The notes beneath the pieces are model-generated. The model did not search any database, had not been told where the DNA came from, and saw only the letters and a program-made list of their open reading frames with translations. Made by a program: the position numbers and the translations under genes. DNA of 64,000 nucleotides from Geosiphon pyriformis uo1 (taxonomy: Eukaryota > Fungi > Glomeromycota), in contig JAAOMT010000697.1 of assembly GCA_016748015.1 (NCBI GenBank), positions 566,868-630,867 on the forward strand. The letters run 5' to 3'. Positions 50,301-63,603 of the stretch are shown piece by piece (the first letter of the stretch is position 1; each line of letters starts with the position of its first letter).

Positions 50301-53300
50301 TATTGCTCTATTTATTATATTAACAATACTTAAATTATACAGAGAATTATTAATATAAATATTAATTTTCTTTGTCCAAAGTTCATGTAAATGCTCTTAA
50401 ACATTTAAAAATTTACTTGAGCTATAAAAATCTGAACTGTCAAGATTAGAGCTGCACCCAACAAGATTAACAGAAAAATTGTTTATATAATTAGCAGTTT
50501 TTACAAACTACACTGGCACAGAGCTCTTTAAACTAAGTCTTTTCCAATAAAAAAAATTTTTAATCCATAATGAAGCCATGTTTGTTCAATAATCTATTAT
50601 CAAAGACAATACCAAAATGGTTTAAAAAATAAGTCATATTAAAGTAATATAAACTACCCAAAATTTTTGACATAAGAAAGTGACTAAAAGATTGAAATAT
50701 ACAAGATAACTTATTTGCCAAAAAAATATTGTTATCCAAAAATATTTTTATTATGTCTGCCAAAAAATTGTTTATGAGATAGACTTTCAACTTGACAAAA
50801 AATTGTAGTGAATTTTTTGGCATCCAGTTTACAATTTGCAAATCCAGAAACCAATACACAAATAAACTACCAAGAATCTTTACTATATTAAAGAACCAAA
50901 TTAACAAAGCCATCTTGTCTTCAACCTAAAACTGCTTAAATAATTTAAGCCCATATAATGATGAATGATACAAAGTTTCACTAGAAAAGTTTTTTGGCAA
51001 ATTAGTCTTTAACTTAAGTTTCTTTCTAATCATAAAATTTTACTTTTGACACATATAACACAAAACTAAATTGTATTTAATAACTAATAATAGGCTGTAA
51101 AACTACTAAAACTAAGTAAAAAAATTGCTTATCTGATAGAGCTCTCTTAAGAATCATGTTTGAGAAAAATCTAATATCTAAATATGCTTTGACAAAATTC
51201 AGCTTAGATATACTCTCTGTTAACAAAAAAATTCCTAGATATTTGTAAAGTTCTCTATGCTTGATAATAAAAATATATTGGCTATCAATGTATAATAAAA
51301 CAGATACAACTTTTTGGTTAATGAAAATTGCAATCATCTTCTTATTGTTGATGCAAATATTATTAATCTTAAAAAATTGATCAATTAAGTCCAAAATATA
51401 CTGTGTTAAAGCCTGATTATTTCCTATCTAAATTGTGTTATCTATAAAAACACAGCTGCAAAAAAAAAAGTTTTCTCTTTACTGACTTCTATCCTATTTG
51501 TTTTAGCCACAAAATTGGTATTAATTTAGTATCTACACAAATGTTTTTGACACTTTATTTTACACAATAAGGATCATAAAAAATTCTCCAAAGAAGTAAT
51601 GAAAAAATCTCATTCTGATTCAGTCTACTATGTATTTTGTAATCATTTAAAAAACCAAAATCTGTTATTACTCTGTTGACTCTGTTTTTATATATGTTTT
51701 CAAAGAAGTCAATAAACTTGTTACACATTCTAATCTGCTTTAAATTAACTTCTAAATAATGCTACTCAATTGAATTATAAGCTTTATGCATGTTCTGTAA
51801 AACCAGTCAAAGTTTTTGTCTTTTTTCTAAAACATTTTTTACAATAAAACTAACAGCAAATATTGGGGATTGAGTTGAAGTACCTTTTAAGACTGAGAAA
51901 TTGTTACCATAGAAAACATTAAACTTGCTATAAACAAATAAAATATGATCTGATAAAATTTTAAACAAGATCTTTCTGGCAGTTTTAATTAACACAATAG
52001 GCTATATGTTGGTCAAAACTCTATTTCAATTATATAACTTAGAGATTATTAAAACTCATGCACTTTTCTAAAGAACAAAACTGTCTTTAAAAGTTAAACA
52101 AATATTTAATAAGACCAAAAGACAGTTTACTACTATATTATTACAATGTTTTCAAAGTTTATTAATTATGCCAGATAAACCAGCAGCTTTATTATTAAGC
52201 AGATTGCCAATTACCAAGATCAAATCTATTTTGCTGATAATATTCATTATGCCAGAAAAAATGTCTTTACTTATATATGCTAAAAACACATATTAACAAA
52301 TTCACAAATTAGGCAAGACTAAAAGAATCTTATGCTTTTTTATCTAATTTTTTATAATTTTATTAACTTTTTGCTTTATTTTATCTGGCTCTAAAACCAA
52401 CTTCTCTCTAATCATCAGGTAATTTAAAACCACTTTTCAAAATAACCACTTTAAAATACTTCTAATCATGCTGTTCTTATTAGAACTGAAATTTTCCATT
52501 CTTCTATTGATTGTATTTTTAATATTAGTTGCTTTTTTAGTCTTAAATTCCTAATACTTGGATCCCTAATACCTTTTTTTAAATCTTAACAATTACAAAA
52601 AAACTTCTTTATTTTTAGTTTTATACTTAATTAAAAAGAACAAACCATTTGAATTATTAATATCTAATCTTAACCAAATCTGTCTGAGATAATCAAACTT
52701 AGTAATATTTCTGGAAGTAAAGGCTTTAGTCATTCTTAAAATCAAAATTTTTAGTTTATAATACTTAAAAAACTGCTTGTTCTTAAAATCATTAAAATTC
52801 TTAAACCAATTTCTAAAAAATACTTTGTCTGCTAACTTAATAATAACCAACTTTATAAGATTCTATATTGCATCCAAATTGTCTTTTTTCTTTGTACTCT
52901 AAAACTTATAATATAATTAAAACATTTTAACTAATAAATATTTCTTAAACCAAGTCTATTTTAATGAATCAGCATTTTTAAAACCAAACTTCCATTGATT
53001 TTTATTGGCATGTTTTTGAATAGTGTTCAAATTTATATTCAAAAAACTGCTTAAACCAAGTAAAATCACAACAACCAAATAATTAGTATTAAAGAAATTA
53101 AAAACACTCTTAATCTTTTACTTAACTATTGTTGTTAAAAGATGTTTACTAATTAAAATATAATTAATAGTCTTTTTAACACCTCTTGAATTATCCTATA
53201 TTGGGAGCTTAGTTATCTTAATGCCTGATATGAAATTACATAAACTCAAATCAAAACATTTTTTTAAGTTTACATATTGCTTTATTTTATTTTTATTGAA

Positions 53301-53708
53301 GTTATCTCCTAAAACCATATAAAAATTCATGTTAATTGTCTTAATAATGCACAAATTTACTTTACCAGCTTGATTAAATTATATTCCAACAGAAACATTC
53401 ACATAAAGACTCAGAATAATTACCAAAACTTTCTTATTAAACAACAATTAAAGTAAAAAAAGATGGCCAAAAATTTTAAAGACTTTATATATATGCCAAG
53501 TAAAGAATTTGTCTATTACTATTACTATTTCTAAACCTTAAATAATTAGTGTTTAAACCAAATACAAATACTTTCAAGTTTACAAATCTGTCTTTAATCC
53601 AAGGTCTGATTTGTTCTTTTAATTTTGTCTCAGTTACAATAAAAATCAAATTGTTTAATTCTTTATACTATCTAATAATATCTTTTTGTTTTGTCAAATT
53701 GTTTATGC

Positions 53709-56352
53709 TGTTACTCATAGAATATAGGAATTAAATATTAGTACATAAATTAGCCAATCAAAATAGATGTAGTAAAAGTGGAATTCCAGAATTCCTCTCA
53801 GGAAAATTGCAGGATTCTAGAATTACAAAATTTCCATATGATAAATTACAGAATTTCTGGAATTCCAGGATTTTTGGCTAGAGAATTGAGAAATTCAAGG
53901 AATCTTGTGCAATAAAATTTATGTATATATAGCAGTAGTATCAGAAGCTAGAAAATTAGTTAAGAAGATTTAGAATCAATTAGACTCTCAGAGTTAATTA
54001 GACTCACAGGTTATAATTATTAAATACCTTTCCTTCAAAAAATAGAATACTATAACTTAAAGTAAAATTACTTCCATATTAATAAAATTATTTATTATCC
54101 TTAAATCCATGTTATTATTCACTACTTAACCTACTGGCACAATAGTTTTTGATCATAGCTATTGACAAAATACTTATTTCTTATTTTATTTTTTTTATTT
54201 TTTTATTTTCTTTTATTTTTTTTTATTTTTTTTTATTTTGTTGTTTATTAATTAATTAAGAATTAAACACTGAGTTATTAATGTTACAGATAACTTGGTG
54301 AAAGACCCAGAAATAAGGATAAAATTATATATATATTAACAGATAGCTTACTAGAAGGGCATGACTGCCAGAATAAAACTGGTCACCAAGCTAAGAAAAA
54401 AATTGGATGAAATTGCAATTTTGAGAAGCTACAACAAAATCACAACTGAATCTCTGTTTATTATACAAAAAACTTAACCACAAAACCTTCAGATTAATTA
54501 AAACTTTTAGAAACCAACACCATTATATTAATTGAGCACCAAGTTACAGGTTTGTTATTTGTTTCAACACCTCAAATAATCACCTGTAACATTTGGTGCT
54601 CTCTGTGAGATATAATCTAACAAAAAACCAGCACCAACAACAACTATGCAGAAAAGTGGCAGACCAAAAGAAAACAAGAGAAAATCACTTAGGATTTGCA
54701 AAATCTTTATTTTATTATTACCTTTGAAAAACTCATTAAATTAAAACTCTGATTATTTAAAACCCAATTATTAAAACCCTGAACATTTGAAACTTACCTT
54801 TGATAAACTTGTTAAAACTCATTAAAACTCTGATTATTCAAGACCTGATTATTCAAAAATCCAAACATTTAAAACCCAATAATTTTAACTCTATTATTGT
54901 ACAAAGAAATTTATTGTCAATAAACTCATTAAATCTCTAGCAATTCAAACTTCAAGAATTATTCAAAAAACCTGAACATTCGAAGTCCAATAAATTCTAA
55001 ACTCCACTATCATACAAGAAAACTTATCTTCAATAGCACAATAAAACCTAATTTTCATAGTACCAATAAATTAACAAAACTTACCTAACAGCCCTAAGTC
55101 AAAATATTGGGATATAGTCACAATCTACTTCCATGCATTATATATTTGAAGAAGAGCCAATTAGTAAGAACAAATGGAAATTGGAATTGAAACTTAATCC
55201 TGATTCAAATTCCACTAATAATAACAATAATTCAAACTCTACTAAATGACAATGATAATTCAAACTCTGCCAACAACAAATTTAAACTCTGTTTCAAACA
55301 CTAAACAATATATCACACTTTTAGATTTTACAATGGAACAGAAATTAACTAAATTCAATGATAATAATGAGAGCATTATGTCTGAACATGCACATAATAC
55401 AAATACAAGATTTGAACATGGATATTCTAAACAGACCACTATAGTTAAAAAACTCCAGTTATGTATAAAATTGGATTTAAAAAAAAGCAATAGAAATTAC
55501 AGCAACAACATTGATACAAAAGAGAGATTTAGAAGATTTTGCAGAAGCTTAATATTAAAAAAAAGAATAATGTTACTCATAAAATATAGAAATTAAATAT
55601 TAGTACATAAATTAGTCAATCAGAATAAACATAGTAAAATTGGAATTCCAGAATTCCTCTTAAAAGAATTGCAGGATTTCAGAATTACAGGATTCTCATA
55701 TAAAAAATTACAGAATTTCTGAAATTCCAGAATTCTTGGCTAGAGAATTGAGGAATTCAAGGAATTTCATACAATAAAATTTATATATATATAGCAGTAG
55801 TATTAGAAACTAAAAAATTAGTCAAGAAGACTCAGAGTCAATTAGACTTACAGATCATAATTATTAAATACCCTTTTTTTAAAAGATAGAATACTATAAC
55901 TTGAAGTAAAATTGCTTCTATATTATAAAATTATTTATTATCCTTAAATCCATGTTATTATTTACTATTTAACCTGCTGGCACAATAGTTCTTGATCATA
56001 ATTATTGACAGGACATTTATTTTTATTTTATTTTTTTTATTTTTTTTATTTTTTTTATTTTGTTGTTTACTAATTGATTAAGGATTAAGCACTGAGTTAT
56101 TAATGTCATAGATAGCCTGATAAAAAACCCAGAAATAAGAGTAAAATCATATATATATTAATGAATAGTTTACCAGAAGAGCATAACTGTCAAAATAAAA
56201 CCAGTTACCAAGCTGAAAAAAAAATTAGATGAAATTGTGATTCCAGAAAGCTACAATAAAATCACAACTAAATTTTTGTCTATTATACAAAGGACTCAAC
56301 TACAAAACCTTTAGAAATCACTTACCAAATCACTTAAAAATTATCTGTAATA
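53709..56352 (+). mobile_element. Non-autonomous miniature Gypsy derivative: LTR 53709-54591, ~980-bp internal region, LTR 55571-56352
   Basis: TG..CA termini. TSD ATGC/ATGT at 53705-53708 and 56353-56356. PBS follows the 5' LTR. PPT at 55557-55570. Confidence 0.93.
54594..54609 (+). promoter_or_regulatory. Primer binding site TGGTGCTCTCTGTGAG
   Basis: Begins with TGG, 2 nt after the LTR end. Complementary to a tRNA ending CUCACAGAGAGCACCA (Ile-UAU- or Met-like; isotype not determined). Confidence 0.8.
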
Positions 56353-58394
56353 ATGTTTCTAATATTACATATAGCAATTTTCCAGACAAAACTTGTCATT
56401 AAAGTAAAAGAGATTCTAAAACCAAACCAAATTTGTTTATCTTGGCCAAGAAACTTAAAACTGTGTTCAAAAGACACTTCAAACTGTTTTTTAACTTATA
56501 AATTACCAAAAAATTCAAAGATATTACTTTTGCTACAGTTTTATTACCAGTAACCAAACCTGAATTCTTACTTATTACTGTATTTGTCTCTTAATTCTGT
56601 GATGAAGAGATTATTAATGGCTGACTTTTAAGATTAGACTGAAGAACTATTGGTTTGAGTTTGTTTAATCTTTTAGCCAACTTACTAACTTGTTCTGTGA
56701 AACTAGTAAGATTGCATTCAAGAGCAGCAAACCTAATATTTAATTTATTAAACACAAACAAAGTAGATTTTATTTTTAAAAAAAGCCAAATTCCACAGAA
56801 CTATTTTGCACAGAAAAAGAAAAAAAAAGGTGTTTTACCAACTATTTTAGCCTAAAAATGCTGCCAAAAGAGACAGATCAAATAATAAATATTAAACATT
56901 TGGCATAGATGTTTACTAGTTTGCTTTTATCTGCTTTTGATAAGCTTCTATGATTTAAGTCACCAAAAGACACTTTCTTATTCACAGTATAGTTTAATAA
57001 TATATGATCTGAATTCTTATATTTAACACACTTAGTCAAATTCAAACATAACCAATACAAATTAGTGCTTTTTAGCATTGGTATGATTTCTATAATGGTC
57101 CTCAATAATTTAGCAAAATCAAAACAAACTACTGCACATCTAGTTTGAACATATATAACTAAATAATGATTTATAATACATGTTTTTTCATCCACAAAGC
57201 CAATAAAATTCTAAATATTATGAACATTTGTTTTTATTGATAATATATAAAGCAATGCTCTATTTGTGTTTTTTGTATTTCATGATTTTTTGTCTATGTT
57301 AATTCTAATTACACATACTATATTCTTCTTAATTAAAACAGACCACATTGCTGTAACTAGATTAATTTAATCTAAATAACAAAATTTAACTATAGTTTTT
57401 TGCTACAATCTTACCAATTGCATCTTAATTAACTTAATCTTACCAAATTTAGATAATGTAGCACATACAGCATCAATTGATGTTTTAATTAAGATTTTTT
57501 TATCATTACAGTCTAATTTGAATACATAGTTAATTTTTTGAGATTGGTATTTACAGTAATATTTTTAGCTTTTGCCAAAATAGTTATTTGTATTAAGCTT
57601 GATTCAGAAGTGAATATAGTTCTAATAATCCCAACAAATTTTAAAGAAGTAGAAGCTCTCTTCCAAAATCATTGATTTTTGAAAATAATTTTCTTATTAT
57701 CATAAGTCTTTCTTGAAAAAATTTCTCAACAATATTATCTAAACTAATATTTAAAGCAAAAAACTTTCTAACAAAAACCGAAACCAGATTTTTCAGAAAA
57801 AAAGAAAGATTTGGTGGAACATTTAACAAGATATTATTATTATTATTATATAAGAAGTTTATTTTTCTTAAAAGTATACCTAAAGTTTTTTTGGTTTTAA
57901 TTTATAAACTTTTTGGTATTTGGTTGGAATTTTTTCCATTAGAAATGTGTTTTTTACTATAATTAATACTGGTTTCCTCTATTAAATATTCTTCTTTTAT
58001 ATCAATACTATTGAATTTAGTAGTATTATCAGTTTTAAAGCCCCAAAGGTAATTAATTAAAACTTCAATAAAAACTATCTTGTCATCAATACTGTCTTTT
58101 AAAACATCACTTTTTCTTTTTTTTTTAAGAAAAACTTGTTTGCTATTGTTGTCAAAACCAAAATTTTTAACAGACTTCTTCATAACAACCATATTAAAAC
58201 CAACAATAGTCTTATAGTCAAACAGAAAAAGTTTGAATTTATTATATTAAATGATTAAAAACTTTTTTACAAAATTAGTACTCTTTGATAGATATTTAGA
58301 TATAAGAAAAAAAAAAGTTTTTTTTTGCTAATTTATAATAATATATTATTATGTATTTTAAGTTTTTTAAAATTTTTAATAATAATATATATAT

Positions 58395-59125
58395 TTTTTT
58401 AATGTTTTATTAAGTAAGACCCAAATACTACTTAGCATAATATATTAAACTAAGTGATCTAAACTAAGCACAAATCATGTACTTTTTATATATAACCAGT
58501 CACTTAGATCAATTAAAGCAACACTACAAAACTATTTTAATAAACATTGCATTATTAAGACCAGAAAAAAACAATAAGATCTATGAAAACCAAAACTAAT
58601 ACCAAATGCTTTAGCAACACCAAACAACTTAATAATTTCAACAGACAGCAAAAATAACAAACTATAAATCTTAGACAACACTGAACTATTATCTACAATC
58701 AGGCCTCTTTTTTCCATGATTGTTTTATACTTAGGCCAAACCATCCATATATCAATACAGTGAGCTACTCCTAAGTCTTGAACAAAATTTACAACATTCT
58801 TACTGGTAATTTTAATGTCATTAAAAATAGACAAGGCCTTTAAAAACCAGTCTTTAAACAAAAAACTTTTACACAAAATAACATAAACAATATTATCAAA
58901 AGCACACAAAGAAAACATTTGCAAAACCCAAAATAAAACCAAATTCAAACTCAATAAAACACCCTATTAAGACAAATGAGATCTAATTAGATCTTTGAGA
59001 ACTTTAGTGTCAAACATATACACAAACAAATATTCAGAACTTTCTACATCTTCACAATAAAAACATAATACATTAGAGTACTTTTTATTATACAGATGTT
59101 TCTGAACAGTAACTAGTAGACATAT
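58395..59125 (-). mobile_element. 5'-truncated LINE 3' end
   Basis: ORF 58532-58954 aligns to the ORF2 C-terminus (LCKSFLFKDW..DIWMV..MEKRGLI..FGISFGFH). 3' UTR motif at 58410-58530. Confidence 0.85.
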
Positions 59126-60046
59126 ATAAGTTAATAAGTTGTGCTTATAAAAAAAATAGACCTGGTTCTAAAGTATTAGTTGGGTCTTTAGTTTATAAGA
59201 TTGATTAAATCTGAACTATTACAGTTTGGCATTTGAATTTACATATATTGTTTAGTTTAATAAATAAAATTTTAGCTAATTTGCATATATATTTTAAGAA
59301 GACTATTTATAAAAAACTGCTTATTGCTATTAGAAAAAAACTTTATAACAAAAAATATTCAGGTGTTTTGTATTTACAGTATAAAAAAGTTAAGTTTTTT
59401 GATTATTTGTTTACTTGTTTTAAAAAGTTTAATTTTTATGAAAAAATTTTGCTTAACTGAATTTTGGTTTGGAAGTTTTTGGTTAGGTCTCATCTTTTGT
59501 TATCTTTAATGATTGTAAAATTTCTTTTCTTATGTTTATTTAATGTTGGCCTATATGTACTTTTCTGTAAAGACTTTGTGTTTATTAATTGGTATAATAA
59601 AACTGTATAAATGTTTGAAAATTATAAAAGGACTGTTCAAATTCTGGTTGATTTTGTATGTAGTTTAGATAAGCAATATTATTCTAATTTATGAAGATTT
59701 AGATTTAAATATAGAGCAAATATAAAAAAAAACAGTTTGGTTAGTGATTTAGATTGGTGTTAATTGTGTTTTATGGTTCAGTATCAGATTTGTCAGATGA
59801 AATAATTTGACTAATTAGTGTTAAAAAGTTTTTTGGTATTAGTTTTGGTTTTTATAAGCCTTGTTTTTTTTTTGGTCTAAGTAGTAAAGCAATAATTTAT
59901 ATAAGAGCTTAGTGTTGTTTTGATTGGTTTAAGTAACTGATTACATATAATAAAAGTGTAAATTATATCTAGTTGGAGTTTATAGTCTTGACTTTATATA
60001 CTAGATAGTGATTAAGCTGTATTCATAAAATGGTAATAAAAAAAAA
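59126..60046 (+). mobile_element. 5'-truncated LINE 3' end with poly(A)
   Basis: YFKKTIYKKLLIAIRKKLYNKKYSGVLYLQY matches the pre-CCHC region. UTR motif 59910-59980. aataaaaaaaaa at 60035-60046. Confidence 0.85.
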
Positions 60047-60721
60047 TAACTTATTTTGTTTTTATGATTAGCAATAATTAATTAAAATTCAAATATATTA
60101 AATAATATAATTAATATAAAATTAAACCAGTTTTAACAGACATATTATTATTATTATCTAAAATAAAAAAAAAGCTGTTGTTTACAGCCAAAAAAAACCA
60201 AGCATTATAATTAAAAAAAATTAATTTTTTAACCACTTTAAAAAGAGTTGTTTTAAAAATCAGTAACTTAATTATTAATTTTAAAAAGAGTTTTTGGATT
60301 TTTAACAATAGTAATACCAATATTAAAATTATTTTTAATATGCTTTAAATAAACTTTAAAAAAAACTTTAAACCAAAACTGTTTTGTTTTATATTATTTA
60401 AAAAAAAACACTTTATAATTTTTTTGAATAGTATTATTAGTAAAAACTAAATAAAAAATAGTAACAATGTTTTAATTTGTAATTTCAATAATAATTTTTT
60501 ACAAATGTTATTGCTGCTTAAAATATTTATATGATATAAAAGTTGTTAAATATTAATCCAAAAAATTATTGCTTATTCTATTCTATTCTATTTTTTATAT
60601 TATTATTATTTCAATTTGTTATACAGTTATTTTGAATTTTTATAGTGTTAACATTTTTTTTTCTTATTAAAAATGTTTTTGCAAATTAACTGTTTATCTT
60701 TATAAACAAGTTTATAAAATA

Positions 60722-61045
60722 GATATTGGATCCGTAACATGGTGGGTTTATAAGAATAATAATCGAGTTTTGATTTTCTATTCTAGTGGTAATGGGATTG
60801 CATCAATTTTACAAAAGAATTGGGCTGAATCACAATCTCTAAAAGAATTGGAACAAAAAATTTGTATTAAATTTCCATTTGATTGGAAAAATCTATATTT
60901 TGCTAGGTTTCCAAAAGGTTGAATAGATTTAGATGATGATGGGATGGATTATATTCTCGTAAATTGGTTTCAGAAACCGAACAAAACATTACCGTCATCG
61001 TTGCCAATTACTAAATTTGCTCTAAATATTTCCCGGTCGTTATGA
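60722..61045 (+). pseudogene. Orphan coding-like exon (108 codons, one internal TGA at 60920-60922), family not recognised
   Basis: Gene-like composition with CpG, and a preceding AG acceptor. Translation: DIGSVTWWVYKNNNRVLIFYSSGNGIASILQKNW...FARFPKG*IDLDDDGMDYILVNWFQKP...SRSL*. Confidence 0.45.
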
Positions 61046-61226
61046 TAGAAGAAATATAAAGGAAGCCCTTACTATAGATAATAAATATTATAACGGATAA
61101 TCTAAAAATAAAAATAAAAATAAAAATAAAAACTCGCTTAATTACAAAATTTAAAATATCTTATGGCAAAACTTTCAGTGTCCATTAAGTTACTGGATAT
61201 TTGGTCTACTTGATGTTCGAAATTAA

Positions 61227-63603
61227 TCAGTCATTATGACGGTTAGATTCCTTAAAAAATCCATGGCCAAAAGATAAAGGAATGATTTCGGGAAGATCAG
61301 CTTTTGCAATCTCACTCATCGTCTTGGCATCAAGAATTAAGAGAAAACTCTTATTTTCTTTGCCGTTCAACACAACACTCAATAGAATTCCATGATCTTC
61401 ATCCATGGAGTCAGGAGCTGGTATGAATAGTGCTTCAGAAGGATAACAATCATCCTCTCTCCACATACCCACCGCTTCTTTCGTATCCAAGTCCTAGATA
61501 TAAATGAATGAGCATGGGAATCCTGTCACATGATCAATAAGACGCGTGAAATACACTTACACATTTGACTAAGGAATCCCATATCTGTCCTATTTGCCCA
61601 GCCGCTTTTGCAGATAGCCCAATTCCATAAACGTATCGGTAACGCAATCTTTGGTATTGAGGATTAATGCTAAATTGAAGATTAATATTTAGTTTTTCAG
61701 ATATTAATAAAACACAAGAATTTTTATGGTTACCTTTGTCTTACCTTGGCAATTCCAAAGTCGAGTCCGAACACCGAACATAACTGGCACGAGGCCAAGG
61801 ATGAGAATTTGAAGAATTTTGTGTAGATCCTCTGAATAAATTCGTGACAGAATTTTGAAGCACTTCACGTTGAGTTATTTGAGGTTGAGCGAGGAATTTT
61901 ACCGATTCTATCTGTATATTTTGTAAAACGAATCGACGAATTTCTGCTAAAGGAAATTCTTGAATGAACCCTTGCCGTAATTGTCCAAGGTTGAGAAAAT
62001 GAGCAATTTCGTCATTTTCGTAGCATGCTATGTCGATATAGATATTATCGTCTTCATCTTCAAAAGCATTAATATGGTGAAACCTAAACAAAAGAACATG
62101 TGTTAGCTAGTTTTATTAACCTTCTAATTAAGAAAAACTATATAATACTCACGCAAAACACGCGTCTGATTTATAAGTTACAATGTGCTCCTTCTTTGTT
62201 CGTGATATTACATAAAATAAAGTAGGCTCTTCCGGTCTAAAGGTAAATGAATCTAAAATATTATCCGACCATTTGAAATTGAGACCGGCATTACGCCCAT
62301 AAAAAGGAAAAAGAACCTGAATATGGGAGTAATTTTCATGACAAAAATGAACATTAGAGTCAATGTGTTTAAATGTGATGGTCAATTTGTTTGACTTGAT
62401 TAGAAAACAGACTTACTAAAATAATAAAACGTGGGGTGACAGCAAAACTATGAACATAGGATGCTTTTGCAGTTATTGTAGCAATTAAATACCCATTTGG
62501 GTATTTCTCAGAGAGCGCAAAAAAGTTATACTTTGTACCGAGAGTGTGATATTCCATATTGAAGTTTATCAATTCGCGAGTGGTCTCATCAAAGTGTGAA
62601 TGGGGGGCAGCATGATCTCCTTTGAATAGGGGATTTAATTCTTCCCAAGAATATACACGTGTCGGAGTCAAATCATGCGCGTCTAGTTCTACTACTTGAC
62701 TGGCATGATTTTGACAATATATTTTTGGTTTTTCCCCAGCTTTAGTCAAAGGAAAATTGCCATTAATGTAAGCGTTGCAAGGTTCTAACTCGGGTTTTGT
62801 TGTTCGTTTTTTCGTTATTAATTTGGCAAGAGGAGTTTGGCTGATATATTTGAAAATATCTGTTATTTAATACTTCAAATGTAAAAATAAATCAACAGAT
62901 AATTCTTACTTAACGTGGGTCTTGAATAAAGAGAACGGATGAGTCGTCACAATTCCATGACGATCTCGTATTTTTGATTCGTATTTTTTGCTGGTATGCC
63001 TCGATCGATATATTATTGTATTGCTTCCACCGTCCAACACAAAACGATTGATAAGAGGCAATCTTTATCACAAAACCAATAGAGCAATTAACAAAAGGAT
63101 CAAGTTTTGTGAAAAAGTAAACTTGAAGGAATTATTCAAGCATAATAATATGGATTTCACTCACCCATCAAACCAATGTCCCATAGAAAAAGTAGCGGTG
63201 CCACTTTCATACTCACCATCACCCACCTCAATCATCTTGTTATATCTTACATCGTAAGTTCCAGGTCCTACCGTAAAAAGCTCTCCATTTAACCATGAAG
63301 GCAAATCACCAGTGAGACTAAGTTCCACCGCGTGAGGAGTCTCTTTCGCGTTAAGGAATCCCTAAGATGAAAGGAGCTCAAAGGTTTTAAAAGGAGTTTA
63401 AGGCCAGGTGAGATGAACTCAACGAACCTCTTTGTACTAATTGAAAGGAGTTATAGTTCAGCGTGTACCTTGTGATAATGAAGATCAGACCTAAATCCAA
63501 AATTATTTTCATGTGAATTGTTTGAAAAGTTTCGGGTGTCTTCAGAAAGTCTTGGCTTTTCTGAAAAGTCTTGAAGTTCAACAGCGATTGAGTGTTCTGA
63601 CAT
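61227..63603 (-). CDS. Carotenoid cleavage oxygenase (RPE65/CCD family), ~8 exons
   Basis: LTGDLPSWLNGELFTVGPG, GHWFDGLP. Four Fe-binding His contexts: AAPHSHFD, SYVHSF, FHHINAFE, SFGHGFF. Also LELPRINP, YPSEALFIP..EDHGILLSVV, FLLILDAKTMSEIAKA. ATG at 63603-63601. Confidence 0.93.

Larger units (their letters stand above)
48945..58316 (-). mobile_element. Decayed full-length LINE (5' UTR, ORF1, EN-RT-RNH-CCHC, 3' UTR) with a nested mini LTR element
   Basis: 5' motif ~58310. ORF1 ~58192-56560. EN start WKIAICNIR|NNLTKQKDII, split by the insertion. RT LIKTARKILFKILSD..NFSVLKGTSTQSPIF. RNH ~50000-50370. 3' UTR 48945-49078. Confidence 0.9.
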
